IMG/VR virus record: IMGVR_UViG_3300044640_002221
Span: 1 to 64,000 of that record
Source: a virus
Direction: 5' to 3' (one strand)
DNA: 64,000 nt
The notes beneath the pieces were generated by a model, which worked only from the letters and a program-made list of their open reading frames with translations, made no database searches and was not told the origin of the DNA. Position numbers and translations under genes: made by a program. Below, piece by piece: positions 1 through 10,300 of the stretch (positions are counted from its first letter, which is position 1; the number at the start of each line of letters is the position of its first letter).

Positions 1-462
1 TGTAATCGTCTCTCCAAAGTGAAATGGTGTGGTAGTCCCCGCTCGACAGGCATATTCCCATTCTGCTTCACTGGGTAAACGATATTGTCTTTTAGTATGC
101 CTTGAAAGGCGATCGCAAAACTCAACTGCATCATACCAAGAAACTTGCTCAACGGGACGATTATCACCTTTAAATCTAGACGGGTCTAACTTTAGTTCTT
201 TGTTTACTTGTGGAAATGCAGCTACAGCCTTCCATTGTGCTTGTGTAACTTGATATTTACCCAGACAAAAGGCTTTGATGGTGACTTGGTGCTGAGGACG
301 TTCATCAGTGCTACCTTCTTCTGTTTCTGGTGAACCCATGATAAAGCTGCCACTTGGAATCATCACCATTTCTAATTGAATACCATTACCCAAGTCAGCC
401 CCGCTTTGAGGAGGTTGGTAGTCCTGTTTATCTTTTTCTTGATACTCTAGTTTGTCATTCAT
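1..462 (-). CDS. FGE-sulfatase (SUMF1/C-type lectin fold) domain protein, N-terminal part; runs off the left edge and is missing from the ORF track
   Basis: Manual translation from ATG at 462: MNDKLEY...[48 protein letters not shown]...[19 protein letters not shown]...[28 protein letters not shown]. These are the hallmark FGE-sulfatase motifs. Confidence 0.92.
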   Translation of the reverse strand, partial: MNDKLEYQEKDKQDYQPPQSGADLGNGIQLEMVMIPSGSFIMGSPETEEGSTDERPQHQVTIKAFCLGKYQVTQAQWKAVAAFPQVNKELKLDPSRFKGDNRPVEQVSWYDAVEFCDRLSRHTKRQYRLPSEAEWEYACRAGTTTPFHFGETIT

Positions 463-464
463 TA

Positions 465-1103
465 TCAACCTTCCTTTGGGTTTCTTCTATTTAACCAGCC
501 TAATGCTTCATCAACAAGCACAAACTTAACTTTAGCTCCCTGCGCTGCAACTAAGTCTTCAGTGCGATCGCCAATCATAATTACATCTTCTAACTCTGGC
601 TCTTTGTTATCTTCTGGGGGCTCATCCATCTTATGAAGTGCGTCTAGCCTAGCTGTTCTGATTGCTATCTTTAACATTCCAGAATCAGGCTTTCTGTACC
701 TACCAGACGTATCTTCCTCTTGTTCTAGCCACCCACCTCTTACGTCTTTAGGCTCAAACAGCCACTCATTTCTTCTGTAAGAATCCTGCCACTTCTGCGG
801 CTCACAATACCAACAAGACTTACTCTCAAAGTCTGGGCAGAAGTAAAACATCTCAAACACTGGTCTGTTTAAAGCTTTTACAAACAGCTGATTGCAGTAA
901 AGCATCTCATCAAACACAGTCTCTAGAGTCTTGTGGTTGTACTCTACTCCACCTTGATTACTAACTACTATTAGAGTGTAGTTTAGTTCCAGTAGGCGGC
1001 TGACTAGCTCTAGAGAACCTTCTTTGATGACTTGCTGCTCTGGTATGGTTACAAACCCACTAGGGTCTGTGGAGTCTACTAACGTTCCATCTTTATCTAG
1101 TAA
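465..1103 (-). pseudogene. HAD-family IIIA phosphatase (GmhB/PNKP-like) lacking an in-frame start
   Basis: The frame of ORF 465-917 stays open up to about 1112 and gives LLDKDGTL (motif I), VVSNQGGV, RKPDSGML and MIGDRTEDL. An in-frame TAG lies just upstream, and there is no ATG/GTG/TTG before motif I. Confidence 0.75.
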
Positions 1104-1300
1104 TGAATCTTTCTAGCTATATCCATAGACTTAGGAAGGTTAACCAAATCAGCTTTTCCAACAATCTCTCAGCCACTTTCCAATTTATAGATAACTACTA
1201 CTGCCTTTTCTCCAGAAGAGGGACTGAAAATTATATGCTCTTTGACCTCAGCCTTACTCAACAAATCTTCTATGTATTCTCTTGTAACTGCGTTACTCAT
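1097..1300 (-). pseudogene. Truncated paralog of the neighbouring phage Gp49/Gp66-like domain with an internal TGA
   Basis: MSNAVTREYIEDLLSKAEVKEHII...YKLESG*EIVGKADLVNL aligns by eye with MTNTVTQQQIDELLDNATTEEHLF...YQLENGWTVDGRAAIVDL of 1392-2120. The TGA at 1169-1171 occupies the Trp position. Confidence 0.65.
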
Positions 1301-1348
1301 TAGATTTAACTGTCGGTGAGTTCTTTCCCTTCTCTTTTCTTTTTTAGC

Positions 1349-1381
1349 TTTTAGGCTAATAACTTAGTTATTAGCCTAAAA
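1349..1381. terminator. Perfect 15-bp hairpin downstream of 1392-2120, putative terminator
   Basis: TTTTAGGCTAATAAC-TTA-GTTATTAGCCTAAAA. Confidence 0.5.
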
Positions 1382-1391
1382 TCCTTGTGGC

Positions 1392-2120
1392 TTAAACTTT
1401 ATGCTTTACTAACACTTCTCGGTTAGCCTCTATAAATTCTTTCAAGTCTCCAAGAACTACTTTTTGTTTTGTACTATCTAGAAAGGTTACTTCAACAAGC
1501 AAAGTACCATTCTTTATATCCCAGTAATTTACTATTCTTTCTCCTTTGTATTCAGAAGTTGTAAGGTAACTACCATACTTATCTGTTAAAGAAACTCTCT
1601 TCTCGGCACAAGCAAGTTCATTTGGTAAAGACTGTACCTCCATTGCGTTTTTCTTAGTCAGCTCTTTTACTTTATCCAGAACAAAGTTCTTTAACTCTTC
1701 TTCACTTAATTTTACTTTTTCACCAGTTTCTGACTCGGCAGCTTGAAGGATTACGCGCTCTCTATCCCAGAACAATACTTTTTTACCCTCTTCTCCTTGA
1801 TACTCAAAATGCACTAAAAAGTCTTTGTAAGGTACTATATCTTTTAAAGGAGTTATTTTACTTCTCTCGTAAAGCTCATTCTGCAAAAGATAACCCTCTA
1901 ATGCCCATAGCTGCCTTACAGCGTCTTGTTTAGCAACTAGTCTACCAATCTTGAGATCAAACCCTGTTAGGTCTACAATAGCTGCTCGCCCGTCAACAGT
2001 CCAGCCATTCTCCAATTGGTAAGAAATAATTAAAGACTTGCCGCCATGAAATAGATGCTCTTCTGTGGTTGCGTTGTCTAGTAACTCGTCAATCTGTTGC
2101 TGTGTAACTGTGTTCGTCAT
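1392..2120 (-). CDS. Phage Gp49/Gp66-family (N4 gp49/Sf6 gp66-like) N-terminal domain protein
   Basis: TVTQQQIDELL...LENGWTVDGRAAIVD..GFDLKIGRLVAKQDAVRQLWALEGYLL pattern. Confidence 0.7.
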   Translation of the reverse strand: MTNTVTQQQIDELLDNATTEEHLFHGGKSLIISYQLENGWTVDGRAAIVDLTGFDLKIGRLVAKQDAVRQLWALEGYLLQNELYERSKITPLKDIVPYKDFLVHFEYQGEEGKKVLFWDRERVILQAAESETGEKVKLSEEELKNFVLDKVKELTKKNAMEVQSLPNELACAEKRVSLTDKYGSYLTTSEYKGERIVNYWDIKNGTLLVEVTFLDSTKQKVVLGDLKEFIEANREVLVKHKV

Positions 2121-2490
2121 TGTTTTAAATGTTGGTAAGTGTTTACTTTAAATTGGGAAGCTTTTAAACTCATCTCAGCCTGGCTTTTTCTAACAAATCT
2201 TGAACAGAGCCATCAACATCAATAGCTAGTTGCTCTACTTTACCTGAGTTAGCGGATTTGTACTCATACTCCTCGTCAATCTCCCAGTTAAGATTGCACT
2301 AATGAAGGCTATTATTTAAGTAATCTAAAGCTCCTTCAATAGCTTCTTTGAGAGAGCCTTTTGCTGTTGTCCAATAAACTGATAAGTCTCCATCACTTAG
2401 TTCTGCTTCTTCAGGCAAAACCTTGGCAATCTGTTGGAGATTACAGCAAGGCGACCTGCTAACAAAAAGGAAAGTGTAACTATTCATTAT

Positions 2491-2751
2491 TTACCCTATA
2501 AAACCTTGATTGCTGTACATCTTATGAAGTTCTTGATCACTTAACTCGGAAAGTTCTAACAGCCTTGCCAGTTCTTTTCTATAGCTCTCCAAGTCATATT
2601 GTCTATGCCAGAGAATCTCTTCTTCTTCTTCTGTCAGAGACACTATAGCCTCTAGTTCAGAAACCCACTCTTGTAGCTTTGATATCTTATCGCTCCAGAT
2701 AGCCCTTTCGTGTTCTATCTCTAGTTGCTTTCTTCTTTTAGCTTCACCCAT
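2491..2751 (-). CDS. Small protein with a cyanobacterial DUF2839-like MGEAKRRK N-terminus
   Basis: Starts MGEAKRRKQ; tightly packed with its neighbours. Confidence 0.4.
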   Translation of the reverse strand: MGEAKRRKQLEIEHERAIWSDKISKLQEWVSELEAIVSLTEEEEEILWHRQYDLESYRKELARLLELSELSDQELHKMYSNQGFIG

Positions 2752-2754
2752 TAG

Positions 2755-3285
2755 TTAACCTATCTCTATCATTCCTTTAGGGTACAGCAACCAGAACTCT
2801 TCCAGCATTTCCCAGTTAACAGGAAAGTCTTCAAAAAGCTGAGGACTTTCTATTTTCTTTTGGTTAAGATACTCCAGCGTCTCTTCAAAACTCCAGAGCG
2901 TTAAGTCATAATCTCCAGTTCTAAAAGGGTTAAACCTTGGTATAGCGTCTTGACCGCAATTAGTATACCAAGTTCTTCTTTCCCTGACATAGGTTAAGTC
3001 TGAGTTGTCTGGCTGAAACTTCCATACTGCTGCTTTAAAAACAGGAAGGTTAGATTCTATTCTTCTTAACCACCTCGTCCTGATTTGGTTTAATTTTCTA
3101 AAATCTGGTATATGCTGTTCTGGACATTTTCTCCTTCCTGAACTCTTGTCACGATTGTCATCTAAGCCAATTGTTATAAACTCTTCTGTCCTTGCTATCT
3201 TCCTCTTTAAAGACCTTATTGCTAACTCTCTAGCTGTTTCAAAGGTTCTGTCAAGGGGTCTATACAGTCTTGTGTGACTTCCCAT
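2755..3285 (-). CDS. Hypothetical protein
   Basis: 176-aa ORF in a minus-strand gene run. Confidence 0.6.
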   Translation of the reverse strand: MGSHTRLYRPLDRTFETARELAIRSLKRKIARTEEFITIGLDDNRDKSSGRRKCPEQHIPDFRKLNQIRTRWLRRIESNLPVFKAAVWKFQPDNSDLTYVRERRTWYTNCGQDAIPRFNPFRTGDYDLTLWSFEETLEYLNQKKIESPQLFEDFPVNWEMLEEFWLLYPKGMIEIG

Positions 3286-3500
3286 TAAACTCCACTCCCT
3301 AAGTGCTGCTCAACTCTAACATCTTTACAAGTTCCTTTTCTTAAGCAATCTCCTGACTGCTCATCCCTTGCGGTAAATACCACAAACATCAGCGCGATCA
3401 CGATTACACTTCTCATAGCTTACTCCTAGTTATCTTTCTTTTATCTTTTTCTTGCAGAAGTATCTTTGTAACGAACTGTTCGTCGCAAGAGTTGAATAGT

Positions 3501-3542
3501 TAGGTAGGATGCAGCTTAACTTTATAAGCTGCATCCTACCTA
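3501..3542. terminator. Perfect 18-bp inverted repeat, putative terminator or processing hairpin
   Basis: TAGGTAGGATGCAGCTTA-ACTTTA-TAAGCTGCATCCTACCTA in an intergenic position. Confidence 0.5.
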
Positions 3543-3588
3543 CTGTTCTTTAAGCCTTCTGTTTACTACTTGACTCTCCGTTGATTTA

Positions 3589-4005
3589 CTATTCTGCTAC
3601 CCACTCTAGTAGGGTGGGATCTATTCCAATCTTTCTCCACTCATCTTGATACTCTTTTATCTCCTGTTCTGTAAGCCCAAGTTCTTGAGCATAAGGGTAT
3701 GGAGCTACACCTGTTACTGTATCATGGTAAGCCATCTCCATTATCGTACTTATACAGCAGTTAGATATTAGACTAGCAAGATGTACTAACCCTTTACAGG
3801 TATTGTTCATCAGAGCAAAAAGACACAACTCTACAGGAGTTAACTGCTCTATAAACACACAAGCTTCTAGCCCTAACTCTTTATCTACTTTTTCTCCATC
3901 ACCTATTTCTACAAGTTTGTTCTTTAGGGCTAAGGTGCTTGGTTTGTTAAGTAGCTTATCAACTAAAGCCTTGTTAATCAAATAGCCTTCATGTTTTATA
4001 TACAT
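3589..4005 (-). CDS. Hypothetical protein
   Basis: 138-aa ORF, stop/start overlap with 4005-4481. Confidence 0.6.
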   Translation of the reverse strand: MYIKHEGYLINKALVDKLLNKPSTLALKNKLVEIGDGEKVDKELGLEACVFIEQLTPVELCLFALMNNTCKGLVHLASLISNCCISTIMEMAYHDTVTGVAPYPYAQELGLTEQEIKEYQDEWRKIGIDPTLLEWVAE

Positions 4006-4481
4006 TAGTTTTCCTCAAGAAACTCTTCTTTTTGTTTGATTAGTCTTTCATGCCAGTTTTTGATTAGAAGTATCAGAGCACTCAAAACAGCTCTGACTTG
4101 AGCTTCGCTATTAACATGGATACCACCCACTTTATGGCTAGAGTAGATATCTAGCTCTACTATAGTGTAAATAGTAAAACTACCGTCTTCTCTGGGGCAA
4201 CTCATGCCAATTGCTGGGTCGTTATCTTCATCAGCTAACTTATGTTTCTGGGGGTCTAAGTTCCAGTAGCAGTGGCTAAACCAGAATCCCTCCTCTTCTA
4301 GAATTTCTTCAGCTAGATTATAAAGATAATCCTTTTCAAGATTTATAGGTCTTCCCACAGCAATGTTTGTGGCACCTTCTATCTCCTGAATTGATAAAAG
4401 AGCTTCATGAGCATTAAAAGCCTCAATTATGTCTTGGTAACTGTGGCTGTCTTTAGTGTATGTCGTTGGATACTTGTTCAT
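4005..4481 (-). CDS. Hypothetical protein
   Basis: 158-aa ORF. Confidence 0.6.
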   Translation of the reverse strand: MNKYPTTYTKDSHSYQDIIEAFNAHEALLSIQEIEGATNIAVGRPINLEKDYLYNLAEEILEEEGFWFSHCYWNLDPQKHKLADEDNDPAIGMSCPREDGSFTIYTIVELDIYSSHKVGGIHVNSEAQVRAVLSALILLIKNWHERLIKQKEEFLEEN

Positions 4482-4718
4482 AATGTTCTATTGTTTTTAC
4501 TCTTTCTCTATTCTTTTTTCTTGCTCAAACTATAGCTTTGTTTAAAGCTGTGTTACAATGATAGTAACCTTGAGAAGGGAAGGAAGGTACTCTCAGTATT
4601 TGAGAGGAACAGCCCAGCTCTCTTTCCAAGCAGGTCTGGGGGGGAAAGCGGCCTATTGCTTTCTAGGTGCTCTGAGGATACTAAGGAGATATGCGAAGGA
4701 CAGGCAAGTGGAAGTGAC

Positions 4719-4930
4719 GTCAATAACTCAGCCCTAAAGGGACTGAGCTTGTAAGAAATCAAGACTTACGTGTTTGACTAGCTCATTGAGACGTAATTTG
4801 GTACGAACTTCCAGATACTTCCCTAGTCTGGATTATCTTCAAGCTATCTTGTAATAGCGTTGGTTAAAGCCAAGACATCTTGATTGCGTTGAGCAAAGGG
4901 ACATTAAACTTTACTCGAAGGATTATCTCT
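4719..4930 (+). ncRNA. Putative omegaRNA scaffold of the IsrB element
   Basis: About 210-nt non-coding leader between the IS left end and the PLMP ORF, the canonical omegaRNA position. Confidence 0.65.
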
Positions 4931-4932
4931 TT

Positions 4933-6048
4933 ATGCGAGTACCCGTAATTTCAGTAGACAATATGCCATTAATGCCAACTAAACCAAGTCGAGCAAGACG
5001 ATGGATCAAAGACGGTAAAGCAATCGGCAAATTTGACAAACTTGGCATTTTCTATGTCCAGTTATTGTCAGAACCAAGTAATAACGAAACGCAAGAAATA
5101 GTTATTGGTTTAGACCCTGGTAAACTCTTTTCAGGCATAGCGGTTCAATCCAAAAAGTTCACCTTACAAATGTTGCATTTAGTTCTACCATTCAAAACAG
5201 TCAAAGACCGGATGGAGCAACGATCAATGATGCGACGTAATAGGCGCGGAAGGCGAATCAATAGGAAACTGTCTTTCAATGTCCGTAATCATCGCCAAGC
5301 AAGACTTGATAATCGTCGTGGCTCAAAATTGCCTCCAAGTATTAGGGCAAACAAAGATTTAGAATATAGAGTAATTAGTTTACTCCTCCAACTTTATCCA
5401 ATTAAAACTATTGTTATTGAAGAGGTTGAAGCACGCGGTAATAAAGGCTTTAGTCCCGTTATGGTTGGTCAAAGATACCAAATTAGCCGACTATCAAAAC
5501 TTACAAATGTCGTTTTGAAGAAGGGCTGGGAAACATCAAACCTTCGTAAGCATCTGGGATTGCATAAAGAAAAATCCGATAAATCTTTGCAAATACCAGA
5601 AACGCACGCTGTTGATGCAGTAACGTTAGCTTGCTCTGAATTTGTTAAATACCAGACATGGGAAGGAGCTAAAAATCATGGTGCATCTTGGGTAGGAGGC
5701 GTAGATGTCACTGAATCCCAATTCACTATTGTGCGTCGCCCACCAATTAGCCGGAGGCAATTACATTTAATGACCTTTAGTAAAGGTGGTAATCGTCGGA
5801 AATATGGTGGATCTACAACTCGTCATGGATTTAGAAAAGGTGACTTTGTGGAAGCAAGTCAGGGCAATAAAACATTCTTTGGTTGGGTTAGTGGAGATAC
5901 TGAAAAACAAGTCTCTGTCAGTGACGCTAATTGGAAAAGACTAGGACAATGCACTGTTAAAAAAGTTAAGTTGATACAAAGACCAACAGGTCTAATTACC
6001 ACTGCGGTTAAAACCGCCCGTGTCGCTTCCCTCTCAGCACTAAAGTGA
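4933..6048 (+). CDS. isrB: IsrB-like RNA-guided nickase (RRXRR/PLMP, split RuvC, no HNH)
   Basis: MPLMPTKPSRARRW (PLMP), IGLDPGK (RuvC-I), Arg-rich bridge helix, IVIEEV (RuvC-II), THAVDA (RuvC-III). 371 aa with no HNH insert. Confidence 0.82.
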   Translation: MRVPVISVDNMPLMPTKPSRARRWIKDGKAIGKFDKLGIFYVQLLSEPSNNETQEIVIGLDPGKLFSGIAVQSKKFTLQMLHLVLPFKTVKDRMEQRSMMRRNRRGRRINRKLSFNVRNHRQARLDNRRGSKLPPSIRANKDLEYRVISLLLQLYPIKTIVIEEVEARGNKGFSPVMVGQRYQISRLSKLTNVVLKKGWETSNLRKHLGLHKEKSDKSLQIPETHAVDAVTLACSEFVKYQTWEGAKNHGASWVGGVDVTESQFTIVRRPPISRRQLHLMTFSKGGNRRKYGGSTTRHGFRKGDFVEASQGNKTFFGWVSGDTEKQVSVSDANWKRLGQCTVKKVKLIQRPTGLITTAVKTARVASLSALK

Positions 6049-6076
6049 CTGAGTTTCCCACTTACCGCGAGGTCTT

Positions 6077-6721
6077 ATGAGAAAGGAAATAGTTCACGAT
6101 GTTGAGCGCTGGGTCCCTAGACTTCAGCGCTTTTTACTTATCAATATAGATAAACTCATCGGCTTTAAAGATGAAGCTGGCTACGTTCACCTAGAACCAC
6201 GTCACAATCGCATCCTCTTCTATTTGCTTCACCAAGCTGGTTTCTTTAACTTCCACGTCACTAACAAAGGTTTTATCGTCTCTCGCCATCAAGTAGTTGC
6301 CTACGCTAACTTTGGCTTTCGTGCTTACCTCAATGGCTTTGTGGCTAAGAAAAATGAAGTAACTGTGCATCATCTAAATTCTACTCCCGGAGATGACCGC
6401 GCCTCAAACCTTGAATACGCGTCACCAACAGATAACCTACTCTGTGCAGAAGCTTCAAGAACAAGTTACAGAGGTAAAGTAGAAAGCACTCAGCCAACAA
6501 TCTTCAACCGCCAAGGTAAAAGAATTAAAGACCACATCCATCATCTACTAATACTCATCAACAGAACAATTGACGCTACAGTCGGTGCTTGTATACCTTA
6601 CACTAAGCTTTTAATGCTGCTAGACGTAAGCTATGGTAAAACAGTAGAACGAGGCTACCCTAAACCTTTCTACGTTTCTGACGCATTGTTTTTCAACCAC
6701 TCAGAATTATCTACCTCATGA
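6077..6721 (+). CDS. HNH endonuclease-like protein
   Basis: VSRHQVVA...TVHHLNSTPGDDRASNLEY, an HNH_3-type pattern. Confidence 0.7.
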   Translation: MRKEIVHDVERWVPRLQRFLLINIDKLIGFKDEAGYVHLEPRHNRILFYLLHQAGFFNFHVTNKGFIVSRHQVVAYANFGFRAYLNGFVAKKNEVTVHHLNSTPGDDRASNLEYASPTDNLLCAEASRTSYRGKVESTQPTIFNRQGKRIKDHIHHLLILINRTIDATVGACIPYTKLLMLLDVSYGKTVERGYPKPFYVSDALFFNHSELSTS

Positions 6722-6799
6722 GTAAGCTGGAACAGTTGTTTCTTTCTCTAAAAGCTTATGCTAGTAAAAGAGCAATATACTGACTTCCTATAATTATTC

Positions 6800-7348
6800 A
6801 TGACTTACTCCTCCTTTAACCTTCCCCTCACTTACGCTCCTATTAAAATTCAATTCGTTCTCCCAGTCCTTATCACAGACTCCGATACCATTGACTACTC
6901 TGATTACTTTATCAAGATAACTTCCCCTCGTAGTAACCGCCCCGGACTGAACTACACCCTCAGCGAACCTATTCTTGTTAACATCCCTACCGACGGTTTA
7001 CTCAACCTCCAACTCGTTCCCTCTGATTCCTTCCTCCCTAAAGGTCGCTACTTCGTTCAATACTACAAACGAGGTAACTCCACACCCCTAGATTCTCAAC
7101 ATTGGATTGTTCCTGTAAAACCTATTCCTAGCAGCTTAAGTCTTTTGTACACAGGTCAACCTCTGCCACTTCCTTACAACGTCTGGAGCGTTAGCAGCGT
7201 ATCCTTTGCTGATAGTTTTGTTTACGAGAACAACACTCTAGTTGCTACAGGTCAGTTGCTACTTGCTGGCATCACTAGTCTTACAGTTAACTATCAACCT
7301 GCTCTCACTCTTGACCAAGTTATAGAAAATACTGTAACCGGAGTGTAG
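6800..7348 (+). CDS. Hypothetical beta-rich protein, possibly virion-associated
   Basis: 182-aa ORF ending 5 nt before the giant ORF, so probably co-transcribed. Confidence 0.5.
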   Translation: MTYSSFNLPLTYAPIKIQFVLPVLITDSDTIDYSDYFIKITSPRSNRPGLNYTLSEPILVNIPTDGLLNLQLVPSDSFLPKGRYFVQYYKRGNSTPLDSQHWIVPVKPIPSSLSLLYTGQPLPLPYNVWSVSSVSFADSFVYENNTLVATGQLLLAGITSLTVNYQPALTLDQVIENTVTGV

Positions 7349-7352
7349 AACA

Positions 7353-10300
7353 ATGGAATACTCTACCAATCCTAAACCAGAAAAGAAATCTTATTCTGTT
7401 AGCTACATTGAAGACGCTGACACTATCTCTGTTAAACGAGGTAGTGAATCCTTCAGCGTCCGCTTTGCTTTAATAGACGCACCAGAAGTTGCTCACTCAC
7501 CTCTAGAGCAGGAGAGCAAACTTCGCTCAGTTCAAAATCAACTTGAATGGGGAGAGAGGGCTAAAGCTCGTGTTACAGAGTTGATTACACAGTCTGGCAA
7601 CCAAGTAGAACTTCAAGTAACAGGAAAGGATAAGTATGGTCGTAGCATTAGTGAAGTGTTCCTTAAGTCTGGTCAATCACTTCAAGAACAACTACTTAAG
7701 GAAGGTTTAGCAAAAGGTAATTACTCTTTTATTACAGACTCTGCTGATAAAACCAGAGTTCAAGCAGCAGAGTCTGTTGCGTTTAAACAGAGTTTGGGAT
7801 TGTGGGGTGATTCTTCTTTTATCAATCCATCTCAATATCGCCAACTTCTAAAAAGTAACGCATTTAGTCCTAATCCTTTTACTTCTTTATCACAGCCTAA
7901 TACAACATTAGGGAGTATCTATCTTCCTACCACTCTCTCAGAAGGTTTTGCTAGTAAGTACCCTAACAGCAAACCACAACTATACACAGATTTCTACTAC
8001 ACCCTCACAGGTAAGATGCCTTCTGGCTTTCAGAAGTATCTAGCTAGAACAGCAGATAGTCAACTCGGCGGCGTAAGCTTTGGTTCTTTCATTAATAGAA
8101 TCTTTCCAGACCTCTACTCTCCTGGTAACGGTTTAGTTGGTACTCTAGCTAAAGGTGTTGGTCGAGTCTTAGACACAGCTACTGGCTTCTACGCTTTTGA
8201 CTATTATGACAAGCTTAGAAATGGAGACTTACGTGGTGGCATTAACAAGTACCACCAGAATCAATATAAAACCAACCAACAACGCGGTCTGTTTGAAAAT
8301 CTATTAGGTGGGCTAACAACTACTGCGGGGGCTACTGCTTCCTCTTTAGCTTTTTACTTTGGTGTAAGCCATACTCTATCAATCGCTCGGTCACACTTTG
8401 AGGATATAGGAGTAGATTACGTTACCAATCTTCTATCTAACTCTCAAAACAATGTAGGCGATAGAGCTCTAAAGAGTTTCTTCTTCTCTGGTGACTTACT
8501 TAACGTATTCACAGAGATAGAAGAAGCAAATATACCAGGCGTAAAGGGTAAACAAGTCCATGACTATTTTGCTTATGTAATGCACAAAGCCGGAGCAGCC
8601 TCGACTTTTGCAGAAAGTAGCAATTTAGACACAACTATTATTACTCATTTAGACAACGCTAACAGCACTGGGAATACTTACACTAACGACTTAATAGAAA
8701 GGTTAACTAGAGAATTAAATGCTTTACATACATCAACTGCCAGCTTTGCTCAAGCTACTCAACAGGTAGAAAGAAACGTATTAGGTCTTAATAAATCAAC
8801 AGGAGAAATTGACCTGTCTAGAGGATTAGCTTCAGGCTACAACCGTCCGGCTGGAGGTCTGTTATCAGCTATAGGTAATTTAAGAAAAGTAGACTCCTCT
8901 AACTTCATTAATATCATTAGACCTGTAATTAATGAAATAGCAGTCGGTACTCCTCAAGAAATAACACAACTAAATATAGAGTTAAGCGAGCTTCAAACTC
9001 AGGTAGGCCGCTCTCCTTTCTTAAAGTATGCGGATGTTAAGGGTGGTACATATACCTTTCTAGAAGACATAACAGCACAGCAGTATGGTTACAAACGTCT
9101 TGAGACTCTTGCTAGTGCTTTAGATAAAGTAGCTGAGTACATCCCTGCCAATCCCTTACTTTACTTCAAGCCTTATAGAGATATGGTAGGCATTACTTCT
9201 CTAAATGTGGATAGAGGTAATGGTAATAGTGAAAACTACTCTTTAAGGTCTTTATTAGGGCCCGGCTTTAGTGGTTTAACTAAGTTTAGCCGTCGGATGA
9301 TGCGATCGCTCGGTGGTCTTGGTAGCACAGAAAATATTGTCAAACAGATGGGTGACAACTTCAGACTATTTGAGCTAGAGCAAGAACTAAACCGCTCTGA
9401 GCAAAGGTTGTTTAAAGATACTACTAAGATTCTTAATAGAATGAAACAGCCCACAGGAAGTGTTGGGATGCTTAATGACTTAATAAAGAATCGTCAACCA
9501 ACTGCAAACATTTTAGCGGACTTAACTGGTGCTTTATACAGCTATGACGGTACTGTAGCGAAGACAGCAGAAGAGCTACTAGCATCTAAAACTAGCGCAA
9601 GACTAATAAATAAATACAAAAGAGATTTTGCAACTTATAACAGTCTTTTACAACAAGTAGATAACTCAACAGAAGCTTTAAGCAGCACTCCTAAAACAAC
9701 CTTTAGGGCTATTAGAGGAGCGTTGTTTAGTGTTGGGCCACTCTTGATATTAGACAAGGTTTTAGACCCTCAGTTCATGCGCTCTCCTAGTGTTGACTTG
9801 ATAACTCAGGTCTTTATGGATGCCAACTTGTTACAAGATAAAGACACTAGACACGCTCAGATAGAATATACAGGTGCGGTTCCTGGTTATATTAAGTATC
9901 CAGCAATGGGTATAGGTTTTATTCTTGGTGGTCACGCTCTACCAAGATTTGAGCAGCAACAAATGGCTGCTGGTGGTTTTATAGAAAAAGCTATTACAAA
10001 AGCAGCTAATGGTACTAACCTGCTAGACCTGTTAAATAGTTCACCGGGAACTACACCGCGCTCTTCCCTCCTATCAGGATTAACAGAGGATGTTGTTAAT
10101 GAGGTAGCTTCTTTAGGTAAATATAGAACCAGAACACGATTTGGTTGGCTGGGAGCTTTCTTAGGGGGAGCTACTGCTCTGTTAGGTACACAAGCAGTTT
10201 TTGGTATGGCTGCCGGGTTTATGAACTTAGTGAGGAGTCCTTTTAGAGATAGTGCTCCTAAAACTCAGCCAGAACCTATGATTGCTGCTTTCTCTTTAGC

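Larger units (their letters stand above)
4719..6076 (+). mobile_element. Non-autonomous IS200/IS605-family element (IsrB/OMEGA type)
   Basis: Left end GTCAATAAC. Matching subterminal hairpins CTCAGCCCTAAAGGGACTGAG (4727-4747) and CTCAGCACTAAAGTGACTGAG (6033-6053). Encloses an RRXRR/PLMP ORF; no tnpA. Confidence 0.85.

Noticed and set aside
1169-1171. TGA-to-Trp genetic code reassignment
   Set aside because: TGA acts as a normal stop elsewhere (465-467, 6046-6048, 58365-58367, 60888-60890), and long genes are open under the standard code with TGG for Trp.
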